From: Blepharisma stoltei ATCC 30299
Lineage: Eukaryota; Protista; Ciliophora
DNA: 64,000 nucleotides
Reading direction: 5' to 3'
NCBI GenBank assembly: GCA_965603825.1
Contig: CBFDEM010000043.1
Location: forward strand, 548,204 to 612,203
Shown here: positions 10,743 to 22,053 of the stretch, piece after piece
How the letters are laid out: every line of letters begins with the position of its first letter
Numbering within the stretch: the first letter of the stretch is position 1
Program-made: the position numbers and the translations under genes
Notes under the pieces: generated by a model
What the model saw: only the letters and a program-made list of their open reading frames with translations
Told to the model about the DNA's origin: nothing
The model's database searches: none

Positions 10743-11366
10743 ATGTCAGAGTTCCCCAAGAAAACAGAAAAAATCAAATCACTTCTGAGAGCTTTGGACT
10801 CTGACTCACGAGAATATGACCGATCTTCAGAGCTTTTCCAGAAAAAAGTCAAAGCAAGGATCACGAAAAAGCTGGCTGAGCTTGCGATTGAATTGGATTC
10901 TTTAAATGCTTTTTTGAATTCCACAATGATGTAAAAGATATGTAGAAACCAGACAGAGCTGGAAAAAAGGAAAGTTACTATTAGCGAGCTGCAAAAAGAG
11001 TATGAAAAATATGATTTGAAATTCAATGACCATATAGTCAAGATTCAATCTGAAGAAAAACCCCCAGCAAAGACTTCGCCGTTTGAAATGCAGATTCAGC
11101 TTAAAAAAGATCAAGAAATAATGATTGATGAACTGTATGTAAGCAGTGAAAATTTGCATATGTATTGTGATAATATTGGGGAAGAGCTCGATGTTCATAA
11201 TAATCTGCTGACGAATTTTGAGAAAATGATTGATAAGAATGCTAATTCTATGGAGAGGACAAAGGCTAAGCTTGAGGCCTATATTCAACAAACTTCAAAT
11301 TCTTGCCTAGGATGTGTAATTTTCGGGCTTGCTTTAATATTGGTAATTCTTTTAATTTACTTTTAA
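10743..11366 (+). CDS. Qc-type SNARE (syntaxin-8/SYP5-like), 202 aa, one intron
   Basis: Removing intron 10931-10945 gives one frame. It has a SNARE heptad (DQEIMIDEL...IGEELDVHNNLL) and a C-terminal TM anchor. Confidence 0.8.
10931..10945 (+). other. 15-nt spliceosomal intron
   Basis: GTAAAAGATATGTAG; removal deletes an in-frame TAA. Confidence 0.85.
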
Positions 11367-12014
11367 AATTGGTATTTTTAATTGATTTCATGATTCTTCA
11401 CAAGGATAGCAATAATAGTTTCTTTAAAAATTTATTTTAAGTCAATAAAAATGCAGAAATAAATGATTAGAATATCTTTAGAACTGGATAAAGGATGTTG
11501 GTACAGTCTAATATTGAAGCAATTAAATTGTTTTAGTATTCTTAAATACGCTGTTTGCTAGCATTAAGTCTTATTATTAATTAAGCCATCATATGTATAT
11601 ATTGATTTTTAATTCAAAATTTCTTTTAATTTTTAAACAGTTTCACTCTATTTTATTAATTCTTAAATCAATTTTTTATTATTCTTATAGCCTGCAAGCT
11701 GAAATATCCAACGACTAAAGACTTCCTATAAATCAAACACCTATTATTTTCAATGATCTCCTTCTCAACTTATTACAAATTAAAGGCTTGCTAAAACCCC
11801 AAATGATCCTGCTTTATTTCAATCCGTAAAAACTGCCCTAAAACAGCTTATCTATGTATTTATTGGCAAGAAAACTGACTGTCTAAAGCTACTGAAAATT
11901 ATTTTGTAAAAAAAGTTTATCCACAATCATTGTTCTTGAGACTGCAAAAACAAAATTAATGACATATTTATATAAGAAAAGCGATTTAATTCAGAAAATT
12001 CCTTTAAATGAGTT

Positions 12015-12377
12015 CTAATACCTTATGGATTTAAGCTGTGTTATTTTGAGCTCTTCATTTCCTTTCATTGACTGCATTACTTGCATCCATTCTTGAGTCA
12101 CAGCACAACACGGAATACAAAAATGAGAGAGGTCCATTATTGGGTTATCTTTAATCTTTAGAGTCTTTCTGAGCATATAACGGTTTATTGATGCACCAAT
12201 AGGACCTAAAAATAAAACCAAAGAATAAGCCCTTAGTCCAGCAAATCGATTCTCAGGCTCAGCATGTTTGGCGTCACACGTTTGCATGCAGTGATATCCA
12301 CACGGCATACAAATAGACCATATAAACATAAAAGGATTTCGACCACAGTCAAATAGCTCATATTTCCACCCTTCCAT
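12015..12377 (-). CDS. PLAC8-family Cys-rich protein
   Basis: WKYELFDC, ICMPCG and HFCIPCCAVTQE match the PLAC8 pattern. Confidence 0.85.
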   Translation of the reverse strand: MEGWKYELFDCGRNPFMFIWSICMPCGYHCMQTCDAKHAEPENRFAGLRAYSLVLFLGPIGASINRYMLRKTLKIKDNPIMDLSHFCIPCCAVTQEWMQVMQSMKGNEELKITQLKSIRY

Positions 12378-14021
12378 TATTTATTCCTTTTAATTTAAAA
12401 TCTTTTGAGGTATACAAATAATTTTATTGAAATTATACTGATTTTTTATATAAATTTTTCCTAATTTTTATTATTATATAAGCAATATGGAATTGAGTAT
12501 AAGACAAAAATATTTAATTTTCAATGCAAAATAGCTTAATGTGCTACTATACATTATTAAATAGCTTTGAATATAAATCTCTAAATCCTGCACCATAATG
12601 TCAACTTTAATAAGCTCTGTCTTTGCCATAGTAAGCTATTATGGCTTCCTTAATTTCAAGCTTAAGTTTCTAGTGGCAAAATATAGGCTTTATAATATAT
12701 AATTTATGAGCTTGATATATTTCTACTATTCTTTGATTTTCATCAAATATTATTATTTCAAGCTACTGCTTTCAAGTCTGCTGACCATTTCAAATTTCTT
12801 CTAGTCACATGTGCTCTGATTATATGAAATTGCTTTGTGCTTGATGGTGATCATTTTCTAAAAGCACAGCTAAAATAAGAGTTTTGCTCCTATAGCAGTG
12901 ATAGACGTCAATAAGCAGCCCGTTATCTCCTTTACATATTTCTCAAAAAATCAAGCCATTTCTCCATATGGGTTTTTAATCATATTTGGGGATGATTTTA
13001 TGCAGTTATATAGATTTTCGTAACAAATAAATGGGCTGCATTCTATAAATTATGAAATGATCGAATATTTTGGGGTCATTACGGTCAAGATTGCGTTCAG
13101 CTTGCGGTTGATTTTGAAATATAAAAATAAAACTCAGGGCTTGATAAATCCTAATGAAAATAATGGTTTAAGCAAAGCGTCTTTATTGGGTCATAAGCAG
13201 CTAAGAAATCTGAAGCTCTTCTGAGAATAAAAACCAGCTCCTCGTCTTTCATTGGCTAATTTTTATATAACAACTCTCTAAATCTTCCATTTAATTAATA
13301 GATTTTATATAAAATATTTTTGTAAGTAAGCACAAGGCTTTTTAAATATTATTCAAGTAATTATACGTAGGCAGACTAGCTTACTATGGTAATTATAAGC
13401 ATTTAAATTTGAGGAAGCTCAAAAAAATTAATTGATAAATATTAGTTTTATCAGACTTTCTCTTTATAGATCTCAATAAAGAATTTTACATCAGCTATTT
13501 TTTCGCAATATCTAAATTTTGAGATATAATTTCCTCACCTGTGATTTGCTTTCTCATAGTAGTTACACAGATAAATTGGGTATAAAACCTTAAACACCAT
13601 CTTAAATATTTTGCCTTTTATATTCTAATATAAAAATGATGAGTAAGAAAAGATTTTTCCCAATAAAATCTAATAAAATAGTTATAGATAATTCAAGGTG
13701 AAATTTGTTAATTAAACTTAAAGAAAATCACCGAAGTCTTTTTGGATAAAAACAATTTAATAATTGCTATCAAATGACATAAGTTTATATAAGATCAACT
13801 TTATAATAAGATTTTCAGCCTAGAATAATTGAAATTTTAAAGATTAAAAGCATTTCAAAATAAATTCTTTTATCTTAAACAAATCTTTTATTTTCTATAC
13901 TAATGCTAGTAGTAATGAATAATCTCATAAGTATAAATTGGCACTAGCAAAATTATAAATCAATTCATCAGAGCCAAGCTATTATTTCCTAAAATTTAGC
14001 TATAAATTTTATATAAAAAAT

Positions 14022-14948
14022 ATGAAACTCGCTAGCCTAAGTTTTTGCTTCTCGAATTATCGAGCCATCAGAGAACTCACATCCTCAACTATTTTCAGCG
14101 ATACCTCTTTCAGAAAAATTTCTCCTAGAGCAGGTGATCACTCTCCCACTCAGCTTGAAATAGAGCCGGATTCTGAAATGGAATTAAACTCTACAAGCAT
14201 TGCAAAAGATGTTCATAAGCACTCAAAAAGCTTTAATTTTCAATTCAATTCACAAAATACACTTAAAATAACAAGACAAAATCTCGAAAGGATTAAAATT
14301 TTCTTTGTGAAAAATAAACCAGATAGCGAGGCCGAAAAAAACAGTTTTCTTTTACTAAAGAAAAATTGCCAAAATTTAATTTCTATGATTGATAACAATC
14401 ATCTAGAAGATCTCGATAATATTGAGCATACTATTGATAATGCAATATTAGAATCTTCGCTCTCTTTAAGAGTCCAAGCCAAAAAATTAAAAACAATCTG
14501 CCAAGAATTTCGGACGATTTTTGCTGGAGACAAAGTGAAGCAAAAACAAAGAGAAATCAGCAAGACAAGACCTCCAACCCGAAAAAGCAGAAATAAAGAG
14601 CTTTCAGTCGGAATTACTTTAGAGAGCGATAGCGAAGAAGCTATAATAGAAAAAGACATTCTTGAAGAGTCTACAAACAATGATGAAGACTCTGATAACG
14701 CTGAGAAGCAGAGAATTTTCTACTCCCAAGTGATTAAGGCTAAGCTAAAATTTGACGCGACAGATCCGTGTCAGAAAATATCTATTCCACATCTGTATAA
14801 TAAATCCAAGAAAAATAAGATTAAAGAAGAGCAATGGAAAGAGTTCATAGAAGAAGAACTGAAATCTCCGTATATATTGCCAAGTATGCAGACGCCAAAA
14901 GTCATGAAAAGATCGAAGTCAAATGCTTCGAAAGTCTTAAATTTATAA
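14022..14948 (+). CDS. Hypothetical protein, 308 aa
   Basis: Long open frame with a typical start context and no recognised domain. Confidence 0.75.
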   Translation: MKLASLSFCFSNYRAIRELTSSTIFSDTSFRKISPRAGDHSPTQLEIEPDSEMELNSTSIAKDVHKHSKSFNFQFNSQNTLKITRQNLERIKIFFVKNKPDSEAEKNSFLLLKKNCQNLISMIDNNHLEDLDNIEHTIDNAILESSLSLRVQAKKLKTICQEFRTIFAGDKVKQKQREISKTRPPTRKSRNKELSVGITLESDSEEAIIEKDILEESTNNDEDSDNAEKQRIFYSQVIKAKLKFDATDPCQKISIPHLYNKSKKNKIKEEQWKEFIEEELKSPYILPSMQTPKVMKRSKSNASKVLNL

Positions 14949-15022
14949 TATAAATTATTATATTCGCCTAACCGAGGAATTATAATAAATCTCTAAGATC
15001 AATATAGCTATCTGATAATAAA

Positions 15023-15289
15023 ATGGAAGACCCACGACAATTGAAACAAACATTAAGAAGAAGAGAAGAGGAAAAAATGAGATTTCTCAGCAGCGTATAT
15101 GGATCTCATTTGCCCTTTAGCTTGATTTTAGAACGAAATATTGTTTCTCAGCAAGGAAGACTATGTGGCCTGCCATCATCAAAATTACACTTGGAAATTC
15201 TTACAGGAAAAGACACTGAGCTTGATTTCCCTGCTTTCATCGGAGATGTCCCTCATTTGACTCAAGAAATTAATAGACTAAACTTATAG
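15023..15289 (+). CDS. UMP1: Proteasome maturation factor UMP1/POMP
   Basis: LSSVYGSHLPF..ILERNIV..GRL.GLPSSKLHLEILTGKDTELDF matches the UMP1 consensus. Confidence 0.9.
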   Translation: MEDPRQLKQTLRRREEEKMRFLSSVYGSHLPFSLILERNIVSQQGRLCGLPSSKLHLEILTGKDTELDFPAFIGDVPHLTQEINRLNL

Positions 15290-15349
15290 ATCTATTTTAT
15301 TGAATAATTTCAGATATTAACACTACAAAATTAATAATCCTAATATTTC

Positions 15350-16048
15350 TTATCTAAGGTTATAAGGAAACTCCTCTTGAGGCACATACTCTCTCGTAAC
15401 CGTCTCAGGCGTTACCACCAGCAATCTTTCACAGCCTCCAGACCCTCCATCTCTTGCCATTGCTAATGCTAATCCTTTCTTAATAAACTTTGTGCACTCT
15501 TCCTGGCTCATCCCTTCCCTAAACTCCGCATCACAATACCCATAAATATAAGTGCTTCCACTCCCCATCAGCGCATACCTTTGGCTCACCAAAGTCCCTC
15601 CTAAGGCGACTTCATACAGCTGTGAACCATTTACAGGATCCCAGCCTCCCACAATAAACCCACCTTCTAAAAACGCTTTATTCTGATACAAAAGTTCTTG
15701 AAGGAGCCTTGCAGCAGTCAAAACTAGGGGAAGTTTGCCTTCATTTAATACATGTTGCGACAAATAGTATCTTACATATCTGGCTAATGCTTGGGTATGG
15801 GCAGAAACCCCAGTTCGGCAGCAGAAAATCTTTTCGTGGATGCACTCAATTTTGTCAGAAATTCTTGAAGCGACGTAAGCACCCATGGTTGTTCGTGTGT
15901 CTGCACCAAAAATAACACCTCCATTGAAAATGGCTGCCATGATGGAAGTTCCCATTCTTTCTTGACCCATGCCGTTGACATCAGGGTTGAGGTAGATCCC
16001 AGCTTTGCTGAGATCTGAAGGGGCAGGCTCTATTGCGAAATTTTCCAT
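15350..16048 (-). CDS. PSMB6: 20S proteasome subunit beta 1 (PSMB6/Pre3)
   Basis: Propeptide followed by G|TSIMA..FNGGVIFGADTRTTMGAYVASR, plus GSGSTYIYGYCD and ARDGGSGG. Confidence 0.95.
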   Translation of the reverse strand: MENFAIEPAPSDLSKAGIYLNPDVNGMGQERMGTSIMAAIFNGGVIFGADTRTTMGAYVASRISDKIECIHEKIFCCRTGVSAHTQALARYVRYYLSQHVLNEGKLPLVLTAARLLQELLYQNKAFLEGGFIVGGWDPVNGSQLYEVALGGTLVSQRYALMGSGSTYIYGYCDAEFREGMSQEECTKFIKKGLALAMARDGGSGGCERLLVVTPETVTREYVPQEEFPYNLR

Positions 16049-16067
16049 TTTATAAACATTTAGTTAA

Positions 16068-17165
16068 TTATTCCTCAGCATAAAGCTCATCATGGCCTAT
16101 ATACGTAAAATCTGGGTATTTATTAACCAAAGGATCCTGAGACACAGTCGAGTCGCACGAATCCTCTGGAGGCTCTGACGTAAACTGCGGGTCAAAATTT
16201 CTTACATCTGTAGAATTTGACACTCTTGGCTTAAAAGGTGCATCATAATTTTTATGAGCTAGCTCATCTCAGTCCAGCCCTTTAAAAAATGGGTGTTTTT
16301 TGATTTCTTCCATATCCGAAAGTCTATTTTCTGGGTTTATTTGTAACAGTTTTAATAAAAAATCGCTGGCCTCATTAGAAAAATGTGGCTTCATTTCTAC
16401 TTGTTTGTTTAACACGTTTTTATACATTTCGTTTCTATTTTTTGAATAAAATGGAGGAGCGCCTGATAGCATTTCGTAAAGAAGAGCCCCGAGGCTTCAA
16501 AAATCGACTTTTTTATCGTGCCCTTGATTTTTAAGGATTTCTGGGGCGAGGTACTCAGGCGTCCCGCAGAAGGTAAAAGCTTTGGGGTTTGAAGAGGAAA
16601 GTCCTAGCTTGCTGAGCCCAAAATCAGTGATTTTTATATGCCCATCGTAGTCAAGTAATATGTTTTCTGGCTTTAGGTCTCGGTAAATTATTCCATGGCT
16701 ATGCAAATATTCAAAGGCCAGGAGAATTTCAGCGACATAAAATCGGGCTCTTTCTTCAGTGAATCGTCCACATTTTTTGAGGTGAAAGAAAAGCTCACCG
16801 CCACTCATATATTCCATGACCATATAGAGCTTGTCTTTAGTTTGGAAAGAATATTTCAATTGGACTATAAAAGGGCAGTTTGATTTTTCCATGATTTTTT
16901 TCTCATTCAGCGTATGCGTCCTTTGCTTTCGCTTTTCTATAACTTTTTTCTTCAAAATCTTCATAGCATAGTAATTGCTTGTACCTTTTTTGGTTACGAG
17001 AAGAACTTTTCCAAAAGACCCTTTGCCGAGGAGCTTGATTGCTTTAAAATCTTCAGGAGTTAGCTGGGAAGGAGATGGATAGTGGGTTATAATGCTGCTT
17101 GGGTCAGCTTTTAGCAAGGGTCGCTTTAAAGTTTCATCATCGTCTGATGAAAAACAGCATCCCAT
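16068..17165 (-). CDS. AGC Ser/Thr kinase (S6K/SGK/Akt-like) with N-terminal acylation motif MGCCFS, 365 aa
   Basis: Motifs GKGSFG, YRDLKPEN, DFG and TFCGTPEYLAPE. TGA=Trp at DF-W-SLG and GLD-W-DEL. The AGC tail has NFDPQFT and hydrophobic motif YPDFTY; stop TAA at 16068-16070. Confidence 0.93.
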
Positions 17166-17509
17166 TTCAGGTTGTTGAAAATATTAATCTTCAAAGAAAA
17201 TGCTTTGATTTTTTTTAAAAAATCATAAAATTGTGTTGCGGAAAATTCAAAGATAATTTATACTAATTTATTAGAAAAATAGCAAAAGAAATATTTTTCT
17301 TAAAAATTTAAATTTTAAATATGATTTACTGTAAAACTTTTTTTGCATATAAGGCAAAAATTAAGGATATTGGTTACAGATTTCAAACAGGAATGATAAA
17401 ATTGGCAGCCGCAAATTGTGATGAGAGTCTGGCTATTAAAAAATTATTAGAAATTGTATATCAGAAGTATGAAAATGCATATTTAGATAAACAAGCTATA
17501 AACATTATT

Positions 17510-18079
17510 TTAATCAGCCTCCACAGCCTTCTCACAATGTATATTTTTCAACATTTCAGCTTGCTCTTTTGTAATAAATCGACCTTTCACCCTGATCCTT
17601 GAATCTGCTACTTTTTTCCTGCACTCATAAGTGACGATTTTTCTAAACGTCCTTCTTTTTCTCTTTTCCAAATACCTTTGGATTTTAAGCCTCCTTTCTT
17701 CTGCTGAAATTAAGCCAATTTGCTTTGGCTTCTCTTCATACTGTGTTGCGTTAAGACAGCCTTTAATTTCAGCAGGAAGGTCAATTCCTTCAGAAGAGAA
17801 AGAACTCTCTGGATTTTGGAAATTCATCCAGAACTCAGGGTTTGGATTCATCAGGCATGACTCCATTGACATCCTTAATATATTTTCATAGAACCCGAAA
17901 AACTCAGGCAGACGATTTCCTTCGCCTTTTATTTCTGTGTTTGGAAGATTAATGCTTTCGAGATTTCCATCGAAAGATTGTGTAATGAATTGGTTGAATT
18001 GAGGAAGGAACATCGAGAAGCCTTCCCTTTCATGTGTGTCGAAGCTTTGAAAAGGAATTGGCAGATCTGGACCAGACAT
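17510..18079 (-). CDS. CCT-motif protein (CONSTANS/TOC1-type DNA-binding motif)
   Basis: ERRLKIQRYLEKRKRRTFRKIVTYECRKKVADSRIRVKGRF is a complete CCT motif. Confidence 0.92.
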   Translation of the reverse strand: MSGPDLPIPFQSFDTHEREGFSMFLPQFNQFITQSFDGNLESINLPNTEIKGEGNRLPEFFGFYENILRMSMESCLMNPNPEFWMNFQNPESSFSSEGIDLPAEIKGCLNATQYEEKPKQIGLISAEERRLKIQRYLEKRKRRTFRKIVTYECRKKVADSRIRVKGRFITKEQAEMLKNIHCEKAVEAD

Positions 18080-19478
18080 TTTATAATATGTTAGATGTAA
18101 TGGCCATTAAGCGAATTTTGTGAAGAATAATGAGGTGAAAATTAATTAAAATTTTATGGGATGGAAATAAAATTTTGGTAAGTTTTCAAGCTTTGGAGGA
18201 AAAATTTAGTTGTTTTGAAGCAAAGCTTTTGAGGAAGAAAAATTTTAGATGTTGAAATTATGAGGGAAAAATTGGAAAATTGGGAGTTGAAAGGAAAAAG
18301 GGTTTTAAACACCGGCTAAGCTTGAAATTAATATATGGCGTAAAATTTTGCTGCTGCGGAGTTTAGTTTAAGCGTTCTATTAAAGTTATAGGGAATTTTT
18401 TATTATGAGCCATAATCGGTAACTAGAGAAAAACCTGGAATTTAATAAAGATCAAGCTTTTGCCTGGTGCCAAAAATCCTAAAGCCATAATTTTAATAGC
18501 CAAATGTGTATATCTATAATAAAGCCAAATTCAAGCTTTAAAGTGTATAGTTTAATGAAGCTCATATGCTATCATGCGCAAAGTCAGCTCTTACCCATTG
18601 GTTCGTGCGCAAAAATCTTGCCCGTTATCCAAGGAGCTTATCTTCTCAATTATACATAAATTACATTCTCTTTTTTATGGGAAATTAAAAAAAGCCATCA
18701 ACAATTATAAGCAGAAAGATTATGGCCTACTTTCTCTTTTCTCTATATATTATCGCTTATAAGAATTTTGAATTAGCCACATATGATGATAAGAACCGCA
18801 AATCAGATGCTAATATCTAATATTTTAAGGTAAATCACGATAAAAATCATCTATTAAGTTTCGTATCTTGGCAATCAAGCCTCCTTGGGTCGCACAATTT
18901 GAATAAAATTTCTAATATAAATTGTATTGATGCTATAGTAAGAATTTGCAATTGCCATTTTTTGAAGGCATGGAGTAGATCTAGAATATCAGTAAAACCA
19001 ATTATATTATAAATCCAAATTATGAGGTAAGAAATCAGCTGAAAAACTATGATTCTCTCTTTTGTGCTTGAAGATAAAACTATAGACAAGTTTAGTTATT
19101 AGGAATGCGTAATTTGTGATTAAACCGCCAAAGAGCATATTACAGGTAAGAAAATTATAAACGCAAATATTGATAATCTGTATCAGCATCTCTTTAAGGC
19201 TCCAAAAAATTAGCCAAATCTATAAATAGTTCTTCTTAATAGGCAAGCTACTAAGCATATTAATTTCTCGAGAAAGCTTGAGCCTTCCACTTTTGGATAA
19301 TAAGACAGTTTCAATCTTTATTTTATTTTTTCAATAAAAATAATTTATCGTTAATTCCTCAAAAAAATAAGACCCAAGTCCTTCTGATTTGATTTAAAAA
19401 TGAAATTAATTTCGATTTCTCCTAAAACTTAAGATAATTATTTTAAATTCAGATATTTTTCTGATGAATTTATAATAA

Positions 19479-20294
19479 ATGGGAAACACTCAAGCAAAAC
19501 ATAATCTTTGGGTCGCAATCAGCGCAAACGACCCAATAGCTGTACGAGATTTAGTCCAAAAATTTCCGTTCCTTTTAAATGATCCAATTTCAGACGATGG
19601 GAAATCAAATGCACTTACAAGAGCAGCATATCTTAATAGGCCTCATATTTTAGCAGAATTAGTATCCTTAGGAGTAGACCTAAACAACACTACTTCTACC
19701 AAAATTTCAGCACTAATGTGGGCAGCTGCCAAAGGGCATTTAGATTGTATAAAATTCCTACTAGAATTTGGAGCTGACCCAAATCAAGTCGACTCTCATG
19801 GGATGAATGCATTAGATTTTGCCGTTTTATATGGCTGGTACAACGCTGCACATTTTCTTTATAATAAAGGCTTAAGGTGTAATAAAAACGCTGAAGAATT
19901 CTTACAGATAAAAGAAGAACTCCAGACGCTATGGGTGGATTATCCAGGACTTTTGATGTCGCTAGATTGCAAAATCCCGCCTGAAATTGCTCCACCTTTT
20001 ACAGTTCCTCCACCTAAGAAAGAGCCTGAATTCGTTGATCCTGTTGCAGATCCTAACGAAACCTGGAAAGATTGGGCTAAACGAGTTATTGATTTTGAAG
20101 AGCCACCATTGGTAGAAAGGGATTCTTTGCCTTATGACCTGCAGCCTCAGAATACGAAAATAGGAAAGCTCAAAATACTATTAAGGATGGAAACAGATAA
20201 GAGGGAAGGCGATGAAGAAGGGATGTATCAAGGCTCAGAAAGCAGGCTTTCCCATGCGGATTACGAAGAAAAAAAAGGAATGGAAATGGTATAA
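19479..20294 (+). CDS. Ankyrin-repeat protein, possible N-myristoylation (MGNTQA)
   Basis: Ankyrin repeats ALTRAA, SALMWAAAKGHLDCIKFLLEFGADPN and GMNALDFAV. Confidence 0.88.
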   Translation: MGNTQAKHNLWVAISANDPIAVRDLVQKFPFLLNDPISDDGKSNALTRAAYLNRPHILAELVSLGVDLNNTTSTKISALMWAAAKGHLDCIKFLLEFGADPNQVDSHGMNALDFAVLYGWYNAAHFLYNKGLRCNKNAEEFLQIKEELQTLWVDYPGLLMSLDCKIPPEIAPPFTVPPPKKEPEFVDPVADPNETWKDWAKRVIDFEEPPLVERDSLPYDLQPQNTKIGKLKILLRMETDKREGDEEGMYQGSESRLSHADYEEKKGMEMV

Positions 20295-20889
20295 ATAATT
20301 GTTTAAGATTAAATACGATATGGAGTTTTAGAGTTCTTACTGAAGTTACAGCTTTTGCAGAGCCTCAGGTTTAGTTCTAAACTGAGGATTCCTAGTCGTG
20401 ACAGATCTGCTATCAGCGTTCAGATTCTGTAGAGAGTCTTTTATTTTTTATTTTGATTGCGTATTTTATTAAGTCTTAGCACTACCAATTTATTAAGAGA
20501 CCCTATATCTTTCAAATGATGTTTATCACAATTTTATTATCTTCTTCTGAAGCTTTTTATTTTATTAGGCTTCATAAGTGCGCTTCCAAAAGATTATAAA
20601 CTGATATTCGACGCTGCAATTCGGAGGTGTAAGGTAAGAGACTTTATCAATTATTTTTTACTAATTATTGATTTTTAGGCTGGTAAACTGGGTAGAAGGG
20701 AAATTTTTCTGAAGCGACTTCTGAATGATATTGACAAATGAGGAGACTTCTTTGCTGATAAAATAATTCCACTATGAATTTGATTAGCTAGCATTTCTTT
20801 ATAAATTTTTAAATCGAAAAATCCATATAAATGGGAAACTTAACCTATTAAATTAATAAATATATTGAAAATAATTTTAAGCTAGATTT

Positions 20890-21714
20890 TTATTTTCTAT
20901 TAAGTCTCCATTCTTCCCATGATCCTGTGTAAATTCTAACATTATGGTTCCCAATATAATGCTGCAATGCAAGACCTAAAGATGCATAAACTCCTCTCAA
21001 GCAAGTAGTAACGACCGCGCCTTCAGTCCTAATCCCATTTTCGTCTAGAAGTTTCTTGACTTCTTCTTTGGACTTTACAGTCTTGTCAGGGTTGAAAAGA
21101 TTTACTGTGGCTGCAAAATTGACAGCAGTCGGCACAGCTCCAAGTTGGAAAATTTCTAAAGGTCTTGGGTCCCAAAAGGCAATGCTATTGTCCCCTATTG
21201 ACCTTTGGCTAACGTAAGTTTCCATCTCATCAATAAAGACTCTCCATTCTCTGTGCTCATTAAGCTGATACTTATCCTCATCGGCTGGGTCATGGCAAAC
21301 TTCATCATATTCTTCAGAATCAGTAGGCTTGCCTTCAGCTGTCCATTTAGGAAGACCTCCATCTAATATGTATACGTGAGGGTACCCGTAGTATTTAAGC
21401 ATTAACCAACCTCTGCCAGCGGTTCCAATGCCAGTTTGGTCATATATAATGACGTTTTTGCCGTCGTTTGGAAGGCCCATTTTGATCATTCCATCTCTGA
21501 ATTGGGTCAGAGTTGGCCAGGGAGTTGTTTGCCCGATGGCGGCTGTGTTAGCAATTTCAACGATGCAGAGATATTTAGCACCCTTGATTCTAAGCTGGTG
21601 ATGCTTAGGCCTGGAATCTTCATTTCGTATCAATGTGGAGTCAACGAAGTATGCAGATCCGCTATTAAGCATCTCTAAGGCAGCATCAGAGGTAATAAAT
21701 ATCTGGTCTTCCAT
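20890..21714 (-). CDS. Thiosulfate/3-mercaptopyruvate sulfurtransferase (tandem rhodanese)
   Basis: VIIYD..AGRGWLMLKYYG..ILDGGLPKW, active-site loop TTCLRGVYA and signature IYTGSWEEW. Confidence 0.92.
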   Translation of the reverse strand: MEDQIFITSDAALEMLNSGSAYFVDSTLIRNEDSRPKHHQLRIKGAKYLCIVEIANTAAIGQTTPWPTLTQFRDGMIKMGLPNDGKNVIIYDQTGIGTAGRGWLMLKYYGYPHVYILDGGLPKWTAEGKPTDSEEYDEVCHDPADEDKYQLNEHREWRVFIDEMETYVSQRSIGDNSIAFWDPRPLEIFQLGAVPTAVNFAATVNLFNPDKTVKSKEEVKKLLDENGIRTEGAVVTTCLRGVYASLGLALQHYIGNHNVRIYTGSWEEWRLNRK

Positions 21715-22053
21715 TAATTTTATTTATAATTTTAATGTTAATTTTAGGAGTTTTATTAAAAGTCTTATGGCTAGATATTTGTCTAGCCATATTTCGAGAG
21801 ATGTGATTGATAAGTGGTGTTTTGGAATTTTAGGGGCTTTTTATGGCTAAATTGAAGGAAAATAAGCTGTTTTAACTTAGTTTTGGGTTTTATGAATAGT
21901 ATATGGTCATTTATTTTTAAAAAAATCATATATGATTTTCCTGCTTGAGCCTTATATTTGCTTTTATTTGTTTAGTTTTGAGCCTTGAAAACTATATTTG
22001 ACTAGAATCTTTAATTGGTTTGGCTTTTATTATCTAAATAAGTTTTTATTACT

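Noticed and set aside
12560-13290. Possible minus-strand gene (MKDEELVFILRRASDFL...)
   Set aside because: The frames I traced are closed by TAA/TAG that 15-16 nt introns do not rescue. At best an unidentifiable relic.
18820-19320. Hydrophobic minus-strand ORF fragments
   Set aside because: They need a TAG read-through and a frameshift, with no motif or clear start. Possibly a relic, but unsupported.
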